DNA of 64,000 bases from Gonapodya sp. JEL0774 (lineage: Eukaryota), in contig JADIIX010000079.1 of assembly GCA_027604505.1 (NCBI GenBank), positions 1 through 64,000 of the forward strand. Reading direction: 5' to 3'. The notes under the pieces were generated by a model that was not told the origin of the DNA, did no database searches, and saw only the letters and a program-made list of their open reading frames with translations. Positions 24,201 to 38,206 of this stretch are shown piece by piece; the first letter of the stretch is position 1, and each line of letters opens with the position of its first letter. The translations under genes and the position numbers were made by a program.

Positions 24201-27200
24201 GTCTCGGAAGTAATTCCTCTGGAAGAATTTCTTGGGCTCACATCACCAGCAAAGGCTTCTCATCCATTGACGATTATTTTGGGTCTGATACTACCTGGCT
24301 TCGCTCGGTGACCAAGTTTGGAAGTAGTGTTAACAAGACAGACGGGTACTTCATGCGCCTCATGACTGACACTCCGATCGCAGTGACGAGGACAACAACA
24401 ATAAAGGCATCCTACACAACAACTTCGATGTCCACAACCACAACCATTCCTGCCCCTTCATGGTACCCTGTGAATGTTCCATACAACGCTATTGTGGTAT
24501 CACAGACTGGGAATGGGCAGTACACATCCATTCAGGCAGCTTTGAACTCGGTCTCGTCTTCGAACAACGCGGAGGTTGTTATTTACATAGTTGCCGGCAC
24601 GTACACTGTTTCCTCGTCTATCACAGTCAGCAGAAACTTCATCACCTTGGTGGGAGATGGCATCAACTCCACGATCATATCCTCAAGTTTGACTGGTCTG
24701 GCTAACGGGACGATCTATGTGACTGGGACCAACTTCAAAGCATTTGACATAACCTTCGAAAATACCGTCAGCTCTGGACAGGCACCTGCCTTTATCGTTC
24801 AGGCAAATGATGTGTATTTAGAAAATTGCGCCATCCAGGGATGGACGTCGCCGATCTACGCATGGACCGGATCTAATCAGTGGTTCTACAACGTGAGTGG
24901 ACATGTATTGTGGTGACCCTAGGCAGACTTCTGATGTGACCGGTCACCCATCGCCCATTTTTGGACTTATCTATCAGTGCTACATTCGAGGAGATGGTGA
25001 GTTTTCCTTTTAAATATTTGCTTCTTGAAGCCCTGAATCATTTTCCCACCTCGTTTCTGTTCCTAGGTGACATTATCATCGGAAACTCGAGGGCCTTATT
25101 TGACAGCTGCGAAATCCACGTTGGAAACAAGAAGATTCAACTGAGCGGCCAAAACTCTGCTGTAACTGGTTCAATTGCGACCAACGGGAATAATGCGGAA
25201 CCATCGGCAACAACTTCGTCGTTCTGGATTTACAACAGCAGTATTTCCGGTATGTCGTGGATTTAGTCATTTTAGGGTGTGTTACTGAGAGTGCCGAACA
25301 CGACGCTCACCACCTCCACCAACAATCCAGCGGATTCTCTTACAACCGTGTACCTAGGGCGAGCGTGGTACCCCTACTCTTCAGTTATCTATCAATCTGT
25401 TTACATGCCCGCCTCTGTACCCTCGGTCGGCTGGACTGTCGTAAGCCCTGTGACCCAATCACAACTGTACGAGGTCAACACAACAAACTATGGTCCAGGC
25501 TCCAACACCTCTGGTCGCGTCTACTGGGCGCGTCAGGCTTCTACTGGACTCACGTTTGGTGACTTTTTCGCGACTTTGGACACGACGTGGTTGTTGAACG
25601 TCGGCAAGTACGGCGCCTCTGTCAGCCGAGGAGCAGGATACTTCGCTCGCTGTTGCTTTGAGGCTCCTGCACAAATCAGTACAACAACTTCAACTACCGC
25701 TACCACCACAATGACAGTTACTGATGCGACTACCACCAGCACTGTTACTGATGCAACCACCACTACGACTCTCACGACCACCACCACCCCAGTATCAACC
25801 CTGCCTGTCGGAGTTCCCAATACCGCCATAACTGTGTCGCAAAGTAGTAATGCTCAGTTTACTTCGATTCAAGCAGCTTTAGACTCTGTGTCACTGACCA
25901 ATGGTGCTGAGGTGGTTATTTACATTTCTTCTGGAACCTACGTGGTTTCGTCCACAATTACTGTCAGCAAGAACTATATTACATTGGTGGGGGATGGTAT
26001 CAACAAGACCATCATTTCGTCGGGCATTAGCGGGCTTGCCGCGGGTACTGTGGCGGTTACCGGAGACTTCTTCAAAGCGTTTGACCTGACATTCGACAAC
26101 AGTGTAAGCTCGGGACAAGCACCAGCCTTGGTGGTGCGAGGAACAAATGTGTACATTGAGAACTCTGCAGTGCAAGGGTGGCAATCGCCATTGTATGCCT
26201 GGAGCGGAACCAATCAGTGGTTTTACAATGTAGGTTTGCTGTTTCTTTGGGATTTAACCCATCATTTTGACTTGTTTGATCTTCATGGATCGTCGTTGAT
26301 TGTGTCAGTGTATAATTCGAGGAGATGGTGCGTATTTTTTTGTATATCTTTTTTTTTTTTGTGGTGTGACTTTTTGAGCTGACCCATTGACACGCAGGGG
26401 ATATGATCATTGGAAATTCTCGAGCATTGTTCCAAAACAGCGAGCTGCACATTGGCAACAAGAATATTCAATTGAGCAATACATACTCTGGCGGCACTGG
26501 ACATGTGGCAACGAATGGTAATAATGTGCAACCCACGTCGGCAACCTCGTCCTTCTGGATCTATAACAGCAGCATCTCTGGTGAGTACAAGACATATTTT
26601 GTGAACACTCATCTCCACACTAATGACTTCGAGGTGTTCCTATAACCAGCGGATCCTCTCATGACTGCATACCTTGGTCGCGCTTGGTTCAACTATTCTT
26701 CTGTCGTGTATCAATCGGTGTACATGCCGATCAATGTGCCTGCGGCTGGATGGACAATCGTCAATGCCGTAACTCAATCGCAATTGTACGAAGTCAACAC
26801 AACCAACCTTGGTCCAGGAGCCAGTACCGCTGGTCGCGTTTCGTGGGCAAACCAAATCAGCACCGGACTGACGTTCAGTCAGTTCTTCACCGGTGATACA
26901 ACTTGGCTTTTGGGGGTGAATAAATACGGCTCTTCTATCAATAGAGACGCGGGCTACTTTGTCCGCTGCTGTGTTGGCGACTCAGCATCATCTCAATCCT
27001 CGACATCAGTGACCACGTCATCGTCAGACGCCACTCCTTCGACAACAGTGACAGATGCAACCTCGACCACTACAGTGGAAGTAACTTCAACCTCCACTGT
27101 TACAGACGCCACTACCACTCCGGTACCGACAACCACAAGTCTGCCCCTGTCTCTACCGGCGGGCGTTCCTAACACAGCCATCACCGTATCACAAGCGGGC

Positions 27201-28395
27201 AACGGCCAGTACTCGTCCATCCAAGCCGCTTTAGACTCAGTTTCCCCATCCAACAGTGCGGAGGTGATCATTTACATTGCTTCCGGGAAGTACGTGACCG
27301 CATCCATGATCACCGTCACCAAAGGTTATATCACGTTGGTGGGAGACGGTATCAACAAGACCATTATCTCTTCGGCTCTCGGCGGTAGTCTCAGTACGGG
27401 AACAGTTGTGGTGACTGGAACAAACTTCAAGGCTTTTGACATCACCTTCGAGAACACTGTCCTCTCGGGACAGGCTCCCGCTCTCGGTCTGCGCGCGTCA
27501 AATGCTTACATTGAGAACGTCGCTGTTCAGGGATGGCAGTCGTCTTTATACTTAGGGAGCGCAACAAACCAGTGGTTCTACAACGTGAGTTGCAATTTTG
27601 TAGTTTTAATGCCGGTTAAGGTTGCTGAGACGAACCGTCTCTATCTCGCTTCACACAGTGTATCATTCGCGGAGACTGTAAGTTCCAAGTGTTTCGTAGG
27701 GTTTGACATTGTGGTACTCATTACATAACTTTCTGCGACAGCCGACATGATCATTGGTAACGGTCGAACTCTGTTCCAGAATAGTGAGCTTCACATTGGC
27801 AACAAACAGATCCAGGTCAACGGCGTGTACAACGGAATCACTGGACACGTCGCCACGAACGGTGCAAATAGCGCCACTTCCCCCTCGTCGTTCTGGTTCC
27901 TGGACAGTAGTATCTCAGGTTAGTGGGTTTGTGGCGAACGAACTGTTCAGGTCTTCAGCTGAGCTGACTTTATTTCCAATCACTCAGCCGACCCGCTTAC
28001 AACGGTTTACCTCGGTCGTGCCTGGTACAACTACTCTTCCGTGATCTATCAGTCAGTGTACATGCCGAGTAACGTTCCCGCCGTTGGTTGGACCATCGTG
28101 AGCCCGGTCGTCCAATCACAGCTGGTTGAAGTGAACACCACAAATTACGGACCTGGTTCGAATACCTCGGGCAGGGTTTCTTGGGTAAACCAAGCTTCTA
28201 CCGGTTTGACCTTTGAGCAGTTTTTCACCGGTGATACAACATGGTTGAAGAGTGTCGCGAAGTACGGAGCAAGTGTTAGCAAAGGGATAGGGTACTTCTC
28301 CAGATGTTGCGTTGGTGAGTAACCGGTGATAGTTCTTTGCACAATCGCGATTTTTGTATTGAGTGACGGGTCGTTGACGAATGATAGCGGTCTGA
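18219..28395 (+). CDS. Giant secreted pectin methylesterase (CAZy CE8) with six tandem catalytic-type domains, three N-terminal Cys/Trp modules and Thr-rich linkers
   Basis: Signal peptide; LHKR putative Kex2 site. Six copies of (I/T)V..(D/G)G.G.(F/Y)TSIQ.A.DS..VIYI..G.Y starting at ~19945, 21400, 22965, 24490, 25825 and 27175, each followed by QAPA(F/L), D(F/I/M)(I/V)xG and YL(G/A)RxW motifs. Domain junctions are continuous within single exons (GYFxRCC...NAIVV), so this is one polypeptide. Confidence 0.88.
19283..19680 (+). repeat. Coding 33-bp tandem repeat (~12 x TKVTTSKTATS)
   Basis: 11-aa Thr/Lys-rich units in ORF 19134-19691; the linker of the CE8 protein. Confidence 0.9.
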
Positions 28396-31283
28396 TGCAG
28401 TAGTGTGGATTAGAGGACTGAAGGGAGAGACGGCGTCACACTCATACTCGTACTATATATGCAAGCTACACTACAAGTACTCAATAGATAGAAGTAGTTT
28501 TGGAAACAAGCAGCACAATTTAGATGATAGAATACTGTGGCTTCGAGTTTCAAGAGTCCTTTTACTTCTTTTTCTTCTCCCTTTCACACCGTCACAAATA
28601 AGAACGTCAAATAAAATCTGGTTCGTTGCACGAAGCAAGTCTCAAGAGCCCTCATCCATCTCTTCCCTAAATCAACGAACATATCGGCAAGATCAAGACA
28701 TCACCATACCATCCAATCCGTATGTGAAAGCTTCGAGAGGATCATAGGGACTGCTCCCACGCTGGTCACTAGAGATTACGTCTGCAACGCGGGGTACTGT
28801 GGGATCCTCTGTGACCGTCCCCACATCCTGAGCCAAAATTGAGTGCTGTGCTGCAAGTAAAGGTGAGATGGTGTGCGATGCGGGCAGTATATGGAAATCC
28901 GGCACAAAGGGTGATTGAACGTACGCTTGGTGAGTGGTGGTGCCGGCGGTGGTGGTGATGAAGAAGCGTGCCGGTACGGTATGTGTACTGGAGTTGCCGT
29001 CTGTCCGGAGGCTGAGAAGTGCAGAGAGGTCTGGTTGGATGTCACAAGCAAGGAGTGTGGGGGAATTGTGCAGAGCAACATGGTCTCGTTCGGTAATCAA
29101 GCCACACACTAATAGAGAGCAGCGGACTCACTGCTTTTCGATATCCAAGAGTGCGATGTGCACCCGTTGGCATCGAACACAGACCCGGTTCTCGTTATGA
29201 ACACGTCCGAGTCAAAGCCCCTCGCCGTCACAGCGTCTGCATCCAAGTCTACGATTCCTCGGAGTGGCTCCGCTCCCGAAAAAGCACCATTCAGACTGTT
29301 TGTCAGTCCGTGGTCCGTCCACGACACTGCAAAGCACGTGTCCAACTCTGGAGGAGGCGGAGTGTGGTGGAGAATGGAAACGTGTGGGATTGATCAGGCT
29401 TTTGTGATACTTCTCGCCGTCTGTGGCGCTGGTGCTGATAGCACCACTGCTGTTTGTTCTGCTGGTAATGACGGTGCCAGTCCGGACACAGCGAACATTG
29501 TTCCGCGACGTGTTGGTGGGTCCTTGTGGCGGGGGCGCCTTTGCCCGGTTTGATTAGTCCTTTTCGTTTGAGGGTCTGGCGTAATGTGGAGCTAGTGGAG
29601 GAAGGATGTGCGAAACAGAGAATGGTGAGTCAGCGCTCTGTCTTGGTAAATTGAGAATGCACAACACAAAAACCACACCACACCACACCAACAATAAAAC
29701 AAAAGAATAATGAATGAACAACAACGACAGCAATGACAGTAATAACAACAGCAACAACAACAGAACGAAAGTACGGATTCTCACTAGTCGACAACAGCAC
29801 CCTGCCACCACTCCGGGACGCGAAAACGCATGTTGCATTTCTTCCCGCTGGGTCGATTGCGATTACATGTTTGCGTGACGAGACGCACATCGGAGGGGGG
29901 AGGGGGAGCACCGTGAGATATCCGAGCACGGTCGACGAACTTGAGATTCACTGTGTGACTGGTGTAGTGATGGGCAATAACAGAAAGAAAGAATTGAATT
30001 GAATGATGAATGAAGTGCGATAAACCTCCGTGGGGTGCTCATCCAACTTAATTTTCCCCCACATCCTCCAGCCGAGATTTTCCCGCGTCTGTAATGGGTT
30101 AAGGGAGGATTGCATAAATAAAAAAGCGCCATCTCTCAATGGCGACAGTGTTCGGCGCCCAGGTTGTGGGGAGCTCGACTCGCTCCGGTTCGAGGGGGCG
30201 CGCTCTTGCGTGTGTCCAGGACTGACTGACACACTCACCCGCAGCCTTCACGGACACACGTTACGAGCTCGACTTTGGCCAAGAGGCGAACTTGGGACAG
30301 CGGAAGGAGGTAATTGGCGAGGTGCATGGGTGAATGGTGGCGGGGTAGGTAAGATGGAACCGAGCGAGAGTAAGATGTTCTTCTCAGCAGGACACGACGC
30401 GTCCTCGTAACCAAAGAGACTGATGGACGACGGTGTTGTTCCCTTCTGCAAGATGGAGAATCGGGGTGTTGCGGCTTGTTGGCTTTTGGACCGGACGGGA
30501 GCAGACGATCTTTCAGAAACCTTTAGCGAGAATCGTTTTTTGAAAGACAGAATCCATTAAAACGAACGTTATCCGGGATTGGGGATTCTAATATTGTGAT
30601 ATTATCTGGATACCTGTTTGCAACCCCCACTTTGGAGAGCCGATCTGGACGGCCCTCCGAAAACAATATATTCGTGATTGGTTTGTGCCGAAGTAGCCAG
30701 AATATGTATGCGCACAGAGAGACAAATAATTATTCCAAGCATCGCGCGTGAGACCGCCGATTGCGAAGATTTGTGGCCGCTGGGGAGGTGCCGACACCGG
30801 CTGGCGAGAACAGGTCTTCCAACCGGCGGCTGATAAAATTTTCGTACTTAGAATCTGAGCGACACTGCTTGCTTTTTAATCCGTGCTTGTGCATGGTTTT
30901 TAGGATTGTTTATGACAGTCTATAATACAGTATTAACGAATAAATTTCCTTTTGTGTCTCCCTTGGGCTTGATGTGTGATCAAGACCTCACAGTCAATCA
31001 ACCATTTCAATTTGAATGGATCCTGTAAGATTAAATCTCTTCGAACCTGTAGACTTGGACTGTTTTCCATGTTATATTTATAGCTGTTCCCCTTAGCCGA
31101 AGTCGTCCAAGCCGGCAGTCCCGGTTGAGAGAGTCCGGAGCTTCTTTAGTTGGTAACCAGCAAACCAACAGTGGATGTTACCCTGCTTGGGTGGCTGCGG
31201 CTTGAATGGTGATATGTTCGCCCGGGGCCGAGTTTTCCCGTTCAATCATCGCTAACCCAATCGAGCACCTGGTCTGTCCACAT

Positions 31284-33198
31284 ATGGCGCCGACACTCGG
31301 CTTTGATTCCCTGCTCAACCTGGCTTCCGTGCCGTCAAAGTCATCCGACTTCGTCTTTGTGTTTGTCACGAGGACTCCTCGAGAAATGGGTGGTGGCGGC
31401 AACAGAGACTCTGCGTGCGTTCTTTGCATTTACCTTTACTTTATCTGTTTCTTGTGGAGTGCTGTCATTCCGATTTCATATCTGTTCCTTGTTCCTCTTG
31501 GCTTGCTCTACCCCGATGGCCAACGTTACATTCACACATCCCACTGTTCCTTGTGTCACGTTAAAAAAAACTGCATTTCGTACGCCATGACTCTCCAGCT
31601 TGTTCGGTGGCTATCTCTTAGCACTTGCTACAAAGGCCGCCTTGACTGTCGCAAACGCAAAAGGGTATCCGCACATTATGACCCTCAGTCTAGACATTCT
31701 TCAACCAGTGTCGGTCGATCAGGAACTCGGTGCGTCGCTTGTCAGATGCTCGTTTGTCTCTTCCACTCTGAATTCTCTGCTTTTCACTCGGGCAACACCG
31801 ACATCGTTTCTATTAACAAATGCTGTCACACACTTTTACACATTCGACCATTCCGACTCTGACTCTACAATTGTTCACCACATACATCTATTCAACCACT
31901 CAAATAAATCCTTAAATCCCACGTAGAAACCACGGTTCAGATCATCCGCTCATCTCGACGCATCTGCTTCCTCCGCGCCACCACCACCATCTCAAACACC
32001 CCCAACCCAGTCCTCGCATTCCAATCGACATGCGGCTACCTCTCCTCTACACCACCCTCCCCATCCATCTCCCACCGCGTATCCCCCCGTTACTCCTTCT
32101 CCAGAACCGTTCGCGCCTCCGCACCTTCCCTCATCTCCCCCTCGACCGCCTACGGACCTATCCACACCCTCGCGGCCGCCATGGTGCCCTCAACAGAAGC
32201 ACCTGCGGCCAAAGTGACCGGCCTGCTCCTCACGCGGTCGAAAAATCTCCACGCTGCGTTGGCTCGGTACTCCGAGGAAGCCCTCACGTACTGCAAGGGC
32301 GTCGTGGCAAGAAGGGGCATTGCGGGACTGGCCAAGGAGTCCTGGGAGGGACTGGATGATATGCCGTGTGTGGTAGGTGCGTTGGATGCGGTTCTGGTCG
32401 TCGCGGTGGTTGCCTCGTTGTTGCTTCATCACCGGGATCGCGTTCTATCGGTTGCTACTACGATTTCTGGATTTGGAGGAGACGCATTCGGGAAATAGCT
32501 CCTGGCGCCAGTGCCCTTTAGCTCCCCCAATCCCCTGTTTCCACGTTTGTCCTCCGGTCCCTTACACTCCGCTCTCCCTCCTTCTCTCCCTTTCGTTTTG
32601 TCCTTTCTAACTGATGTCTCCTCCCCTCCAACCGATGCCAACATCCATCATCAAGCAAGACCCGACGAACAACCCATGGATGCTCCGGTACGTCGTGTGT
32701 CTTGTTTCTTGTAAACCTCCATGACCTCACGCACAATCCCAATTGACCACCCACCACCGCCCTTGCATCCACCAACAGTCGGCCGCTTTCTTCGCGGACC
32801 TCAACGCCCCTTCCTTCACCCTCTCGACTTATTTTGGCCCCGCCATAATTTCCGTGACCGTCTCCCTCTCCATCCAGTTTCTCAAACCCGTCCCTCCCGA
32901 CACGAGGTGGATGTATCTCATAGTACGCAACATTGCCAGCGATGTATCACAGTCGCTCTTGGACGGAGAGGTTGAGGCACGTTCTGAGAGTTCCGGTGTC
33001 GGACCCGACGGACACAGGAATCGCCCTCTCGCACAAGTGCGAGAACATGTCCGAGGCCCACAGAAAGAGTTCGGCTCTGTTGCGCACACCGAGTCGGCCA
33101 TGTGGGCACCGGACGGGACACTTGTGTGCGTACAGAGGCAGGCCAGGGTCATCACGGGCCCGGTGACACCGTTGCTCGCAGGGGGCGCGATGTTATGA
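31284..33198 (+). CDS. Double-hotdog acyl-CoA thioesterase-like protein (multi-exon)
   Basis: LFGGYLLALATKAA, TLSLDILQPV, VQIIRSSRR, AFFADLNAP, VTVSLSIQFLKP, ESAMWAPDGTLVCVQRQ match the thioesterase-like hotdog pattern. Confidence 0.78.
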
Positions 33199-33559
33199 TA
33201 GAAGGGAGGAGTGCAGTGGTAGAATTCAGGGTGCACTGAGGGAATAGGACGCACACGTGTAGATGATGCGCGATGAGTAAATACTCTCCAAATACCGGCC
33301 TATCGCTTTTGACAAAGATGGCGATCAGGGGAGGAGTGTGCCAATTGATAAAGTATGTACATGTGTATGAAGCTGACTCATTGCATCATTAACTAACGTG
33401 TAACAAATTAAAACTATGATGTCGATATGATTGAAGGTCAAACGAGTGCGTAGACCAGTGCTTGATATACAGCCTTCAACTTCCAAACTTTCAAAACCAC
33501 TCAACTCGCGGTCCTCGTTCCAAAAGCAAAGTAAATTCCTCTTAACCGAGAAGCAAATA

Positions 33560-36500
33560 TCAACCACCACTACCGCCAGGGGCTTTCCCCGCTTCCATCA
33601 CTGTGGCTCCCGTTGCAGCACCACCCTGTCCTGCCGCCCACACCCCGAGAATCACTTGCGCAAGGTTCAAACCGTCACCCGCACCACCGGCCCCTCCACC
33701 TGCAGACGCCGTGGCCATTACCGAAGTGTGTGCGGCCGTCGATCCGGCCGTCGATCCCATGCCCGTGCTCACGTTGGCGCCTATACCCCCACCGCTCACT
33801 GGACCAACAGTGTTGGCACCCGTGCCCGCACCACTGACGGGACCCGTGTTGGCGCCCGTGCCAGTACCACTGAGGGGACCGGTATTAGCACCGGTGCCCG
33901 AGCCAGATAGCGCCCCCGTGTTGCCCCAAGTGCCTAGTCCTGTTCCCGCGCCGGCGTTCGCACCAGTGCCCGCACCAGCCAACCCCGACGCCTGCACGTT
34001 CGCCAGCGTACCCGCCCCTTGAAGTCCCGCCGTGGCTCCACTTGCTGTTGTCCCGCCGCCGACCGCAGCGGTGGACGCACCCACCGCACCAGCTCCGGTA
34101 CTTGCTCCAGCACCCAACACTGCCCCTCCTGTCGTGGCGGCCGTTGCTGCTGTTGTTGCCGCGCCGGACACGAACGCCCCGGTGCTCGCCAGGAAAGACG
34201 CACCAGTTGTTGCGCCGATTGCGGCGTCCCCCGCAGAAACGGCGATGAGAGAGAGTGGCGCCGATTGACTGTTATAGTGCTCAAGTGAGAAGAGGAGGGA
34301 AAAGAGAGTTTTTGGCATCATATGCAGAAAAGCACCAAGGTTGTGTCACTCACGTTGCCACGGCGAGCAATGGAGTGGTCTCAGTCCCTCTGATTAAAAA
34401 AATTGGTGACATCAGATAGGGATAAGTGTTCTGCCACAGGTACAAAAACGTACCCTGCTGCTGCACTGGAACTGCCGGCGCCTGCTCCACCTGCCGCCCC
34501 ACCCACTCCCGCACCAGCTGCGACTCCTGTTCCAGCACCAGCGGCAGCCGAAGCAGCACTAGCAGCAAAGAAGGTGGATACTCCACCGAAGCTGTTGAAA
34601 GGGAGCAAATTTCGTTGATCGTGACAGATTCTCTGACATGCAGGTTGCACGCTTCACACTCACAGGCCTGCATTTACAGCTACAACCGCAAAACCAACAA
34701 TAACGACGGTCCCCGCTACTGCTCCCACTGCAGCACCAGCGATGACTGCGGCACTAGTTCCTGTGAGCGAAGATGTCGAATTGCTGGAATCGATGTTACG
34801 TTCAGAAGGCACTACCATGGTGGAAGTGACAGTGGTAGTTGGAATAATGCCTGAAGAGAACATGAGCATTTCTCCCAGTTAAGAGTGATTTAATACTGTA
34901 GTACAACTCACCGACCGGGGAACTCGGAACCACTGAATAAAAGGTGGTTAATGGCGCTGAACCTCCGACCACGGTGGACATGGTTGAGAATTCTTCCAGG
35001 CGTGTGAAAGTGGACGGTGCATCCCTGATCGCAACGGTGGTGACAACAGTCGCCGATACAAGCGGTATGGCTGTTATTGCAGGAGACACAACCGCACTCA
35101 TAGTGGGAACTTCGGTGATAGGGATTCGAGAAGCTCCAGACCCAATCCCACTGGAGCCAATCAAGGTAGTGCTGGATTCCATCGCTAAGATGCGCCCTGC
35201 GATTAGCAAGCTAGTTGATGTAGCTGTTTGAATGGTGATTCTCGGCGGACCAGAGGTAGTAGGGTCTGTAGTGGTAACACTGGGGAAAGAGGGAGCCCGA
35301 AAGAGAGTGAACGAATCGTACTCAGGTGTCAATATCTCGGCTACGCTCTCGTTTTGGAGAAAACTATCGTTTGATTCCGTGTGAGTGTAACAGTTGATTT
35401 GGGCAATAAAATGAAAGAAGTTGTGAAGCGAGAATCAGTAGAACTCTCCAACGATATCCTGGCAGCAGTAGAGCTCCTCGTTGTCGAGATCGTGCTTAAG
35501 CTCGCGGTATTGATTGTTGGTACTGGCGTTTGAGTAGTCGTGCTTGGCATTTCCGATATCGTTGATTTGATCGTGGTGGTGCTCTGCGTCTTGGAAGAGG
35601 TCGTGCGGGTACTTGATGTCAAAGTCTCCGAGTAGTTGACTTCGTGATCGTCCTAAGCGTTGCAGAGGTGATAGATTGCGAGGTGGTGCTCGGAGTCTGT
35701 GTGGTCGTAGACTCGGTGGTCGTGCTTGGAGTTTCCGAGGTTGTTGATTCGGTGGTCGTGGTGCTAGCGAGCAATAAGGTGAGACAAAAGTTTGTGACCA
35801 ATGATAAAGACGTGTTGGTGGCTCACGTTTCTGTGTAGGACGTTGTCGTAGTGGGCGTGAAAGTGACCGTTGAGGTGGTACTCTCTGTGAACGAAGTGGT
35901 GGTGTATTTGGTGGTGCTACCTTTCGGTCGCCTCGGAAGTAGTAGATTGCGTTGTGGTGGTCGTAGTCAGAGTCTCAGATGCTGTAGAAGATGTGCTGGG
36001 CAATTGAGTCGTCGTTGTCACCGGTCTAAGAGGGAATATATCGCGTTGGACACGACGCAAGAGAAAGTTACTCCCGTTAGCAGAACCCGGGAATGAATGT
36101 GCCTAACAATCGATATGAAAACACTCACGACGCGAGCCTCCTCTCAACAATGTACGCGGTACCTGAGTCAAAGCATCTGAGGTCGTTGGCACTTCCGTTT
36201 TGAGTACCATCTCTAGCGCGGTGGAAGGGCCATACGTGTCAGTTTCAGCGCTTTCAAACGTTAATTAAGAGTAATAGGGATTTTGCACCACTCACAGCTC
36301 CATGCAATCCTCCCATCCCGCGAGGTTGTCTGGTTTGCCGAATGCCCACTGGAATGACGTGAGCGGTTGAGGTGGAGTGCTCACACCATACGAAGTTGAG
36401 CTCCGGTAGACATATTGCTTCACTCACGAATAATGCAGTATGGAAACAGTTTCAGGAGCTTGAACTCACGTTGAGAACGTGCCGAAAACTGATGCAAACT

Positions 36501-38206
36501 CACAGTTGTGTATGAGTCAGCTCCCAACCACACAAAGCCCAGTGCGCTTGAGGGAACATTGGCCGACAGGGCATTATACATTGCGAGCTGATCGCTTCCA
36601 CTCGCGGGGTACGCCAGTTCTCCCTACGGACCCAACTGGTGCGCGCCTTCAAAAAATCGATTCTTGAGCCTCGTCTCAGCACGTTCGCAGCTCACCTGCC
36701 AGCTTAGAGATGCATCGGCCATGGCTTCAAACCACGAAGCTGAAGACTGGACTATTCGGACGGCGCGGTTGTTGACGATGGTCCATTAAGTTGCTAGGGC
36801 GTCCACTTCGGTGCTGGTAACATGGTCGCGAAGCCATGAGTGTAGGAAGTTGGTTGAAATGATTGGTACCGTGGAAGTAAACACTGTGTTTTTGGTTTGA
36901 GACTACTTACATTGGCTGACCATCGGGGACAATTTGGAGTCTCGCCTGGCGGTAGTAAGGTTTGGCGAACACCTCACACTTGTTATTGCTGATGACACCA
37001 CCGCGATCGGTACACCAGGAAGACGTGACGCCGCCGACAGTCGGCAGTGTCGTACTGCAAAAGGGTGGGTGTAACGTTACATTACAGAAAGTAAGGACTG
37101 ACGTGGAACGAAAGAGGGCGGAAAGGATACTCGCAGTTTTAGGTACGCGTCCAAAATGCTGTTTGGAGTGCTGGGAAAGGATTCAATCGATCCGTAGTGG
37201 GTGGGTCTGCAGAACCATAGCTCACGGAACTCCAAACGCACCAGTCGGGTAAAACCTTGTTGATTGCATTGGTCGTCTTCAAGAAGCAAGCATCATTATT
37301 TCGGCTCCACTCAAAGACGAGACAAACGCTGCCATAAAAGTTGCAAAATGGCTCGCAGTCACCGACATTGTTGGTGGTCCAGGAGGCGAAGGTGATGGAC
37401 GGATCTTGGAAGCTGGTACCGGGCATGACATTGTAGCTTGGGATGGGGTAAACAAAGTTGTTTGGGGTGTATGTGGGGTTTGGATTCGAGAAAGGTCTAC
37501 GATTGAGCAGTGGGTTGTGTTTAAATGGATAATAGTGAGGATTTTTGCGATTCGGCACGATCACTACCATTGCCCAATCCGCAGGGAGGTCAACTCACGT
37601 CGTCTTCTGAAACGCTTGAGCCCCCGCCGACGATGCCTGGTTGTTGAAGCTGGACACGCTTATACACGAACCATCGGGACGCACGACATATCCGACACAC
37701 GAACTCTGTGCATCGCAAGCTAGGCAACACTGGGGGTCAGAGGAGTCGACAAAACCAGGCTTTATGGAAATTAAAACTGCAAAGCCAGGGACGTCAATGG
37801 CGCCGAGTGACGCATACGCTCCTGACGAAGGAGGTGCAGCTGTGGTTGTGGTGGTGACCTGGGGTTTGGCTGGAGGAGGAGGTGATGCGGGTGTTGTGGT
37901 CGTTGTCGACGGAGGAGGAGGCGGAATGTCGACTGTTGTTGTAGTTGTGAATGTCGGTGGAGTTGGAGGAGCAAGCCCAGCAGTCGTTGTTGCGGAGGTG
38001 GTGGCTTCCTGTGCTCGTACAGGGGAAAAGAGCAACAGTGCCATGATCGCTAGAGAGATGGCTGGAGACAATTTTCGGTTATTCCCTTTTGATCGTCCAT
38101 AGTGGAAGCAGGTTGTCGATGGCTTCCATTGATGGCTTTCTGCGGCATAAGGACGGGTAACTCTGGGAACCGAACTCGAATGCGACATCGGGAGCTGGCG
38201 TTGCAT
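33560..38206 (-). pseudogene. PAN/Apple + C-type lectin + mucin + TM protein, paralog A (probably disrupted)
   Basis: Signal-like AISLAIMALLLFSPVRA, two PAN-like modules (QCCLACDAQSSCVGY; DCEPFCNFYGSVCLVFEW), a CTL (SWFEAM..., VWLGAD, KPDNLAGWEDCMEL, ANDLRC), a Thr-rich stalk, a TM at ~34680-34745 and a Gly/Ala tail. In-frame TAA at 36786-36788 and an apparent frameshift near 35630. Confidence 0.65.

Noticed and set aside
28700..30560. Possible minus-strand gene and an AAC-rich microsatellite-like tract (~29715-29765)
   Set aside because: Could not assemble a credible spliced ORF or recognise a family.
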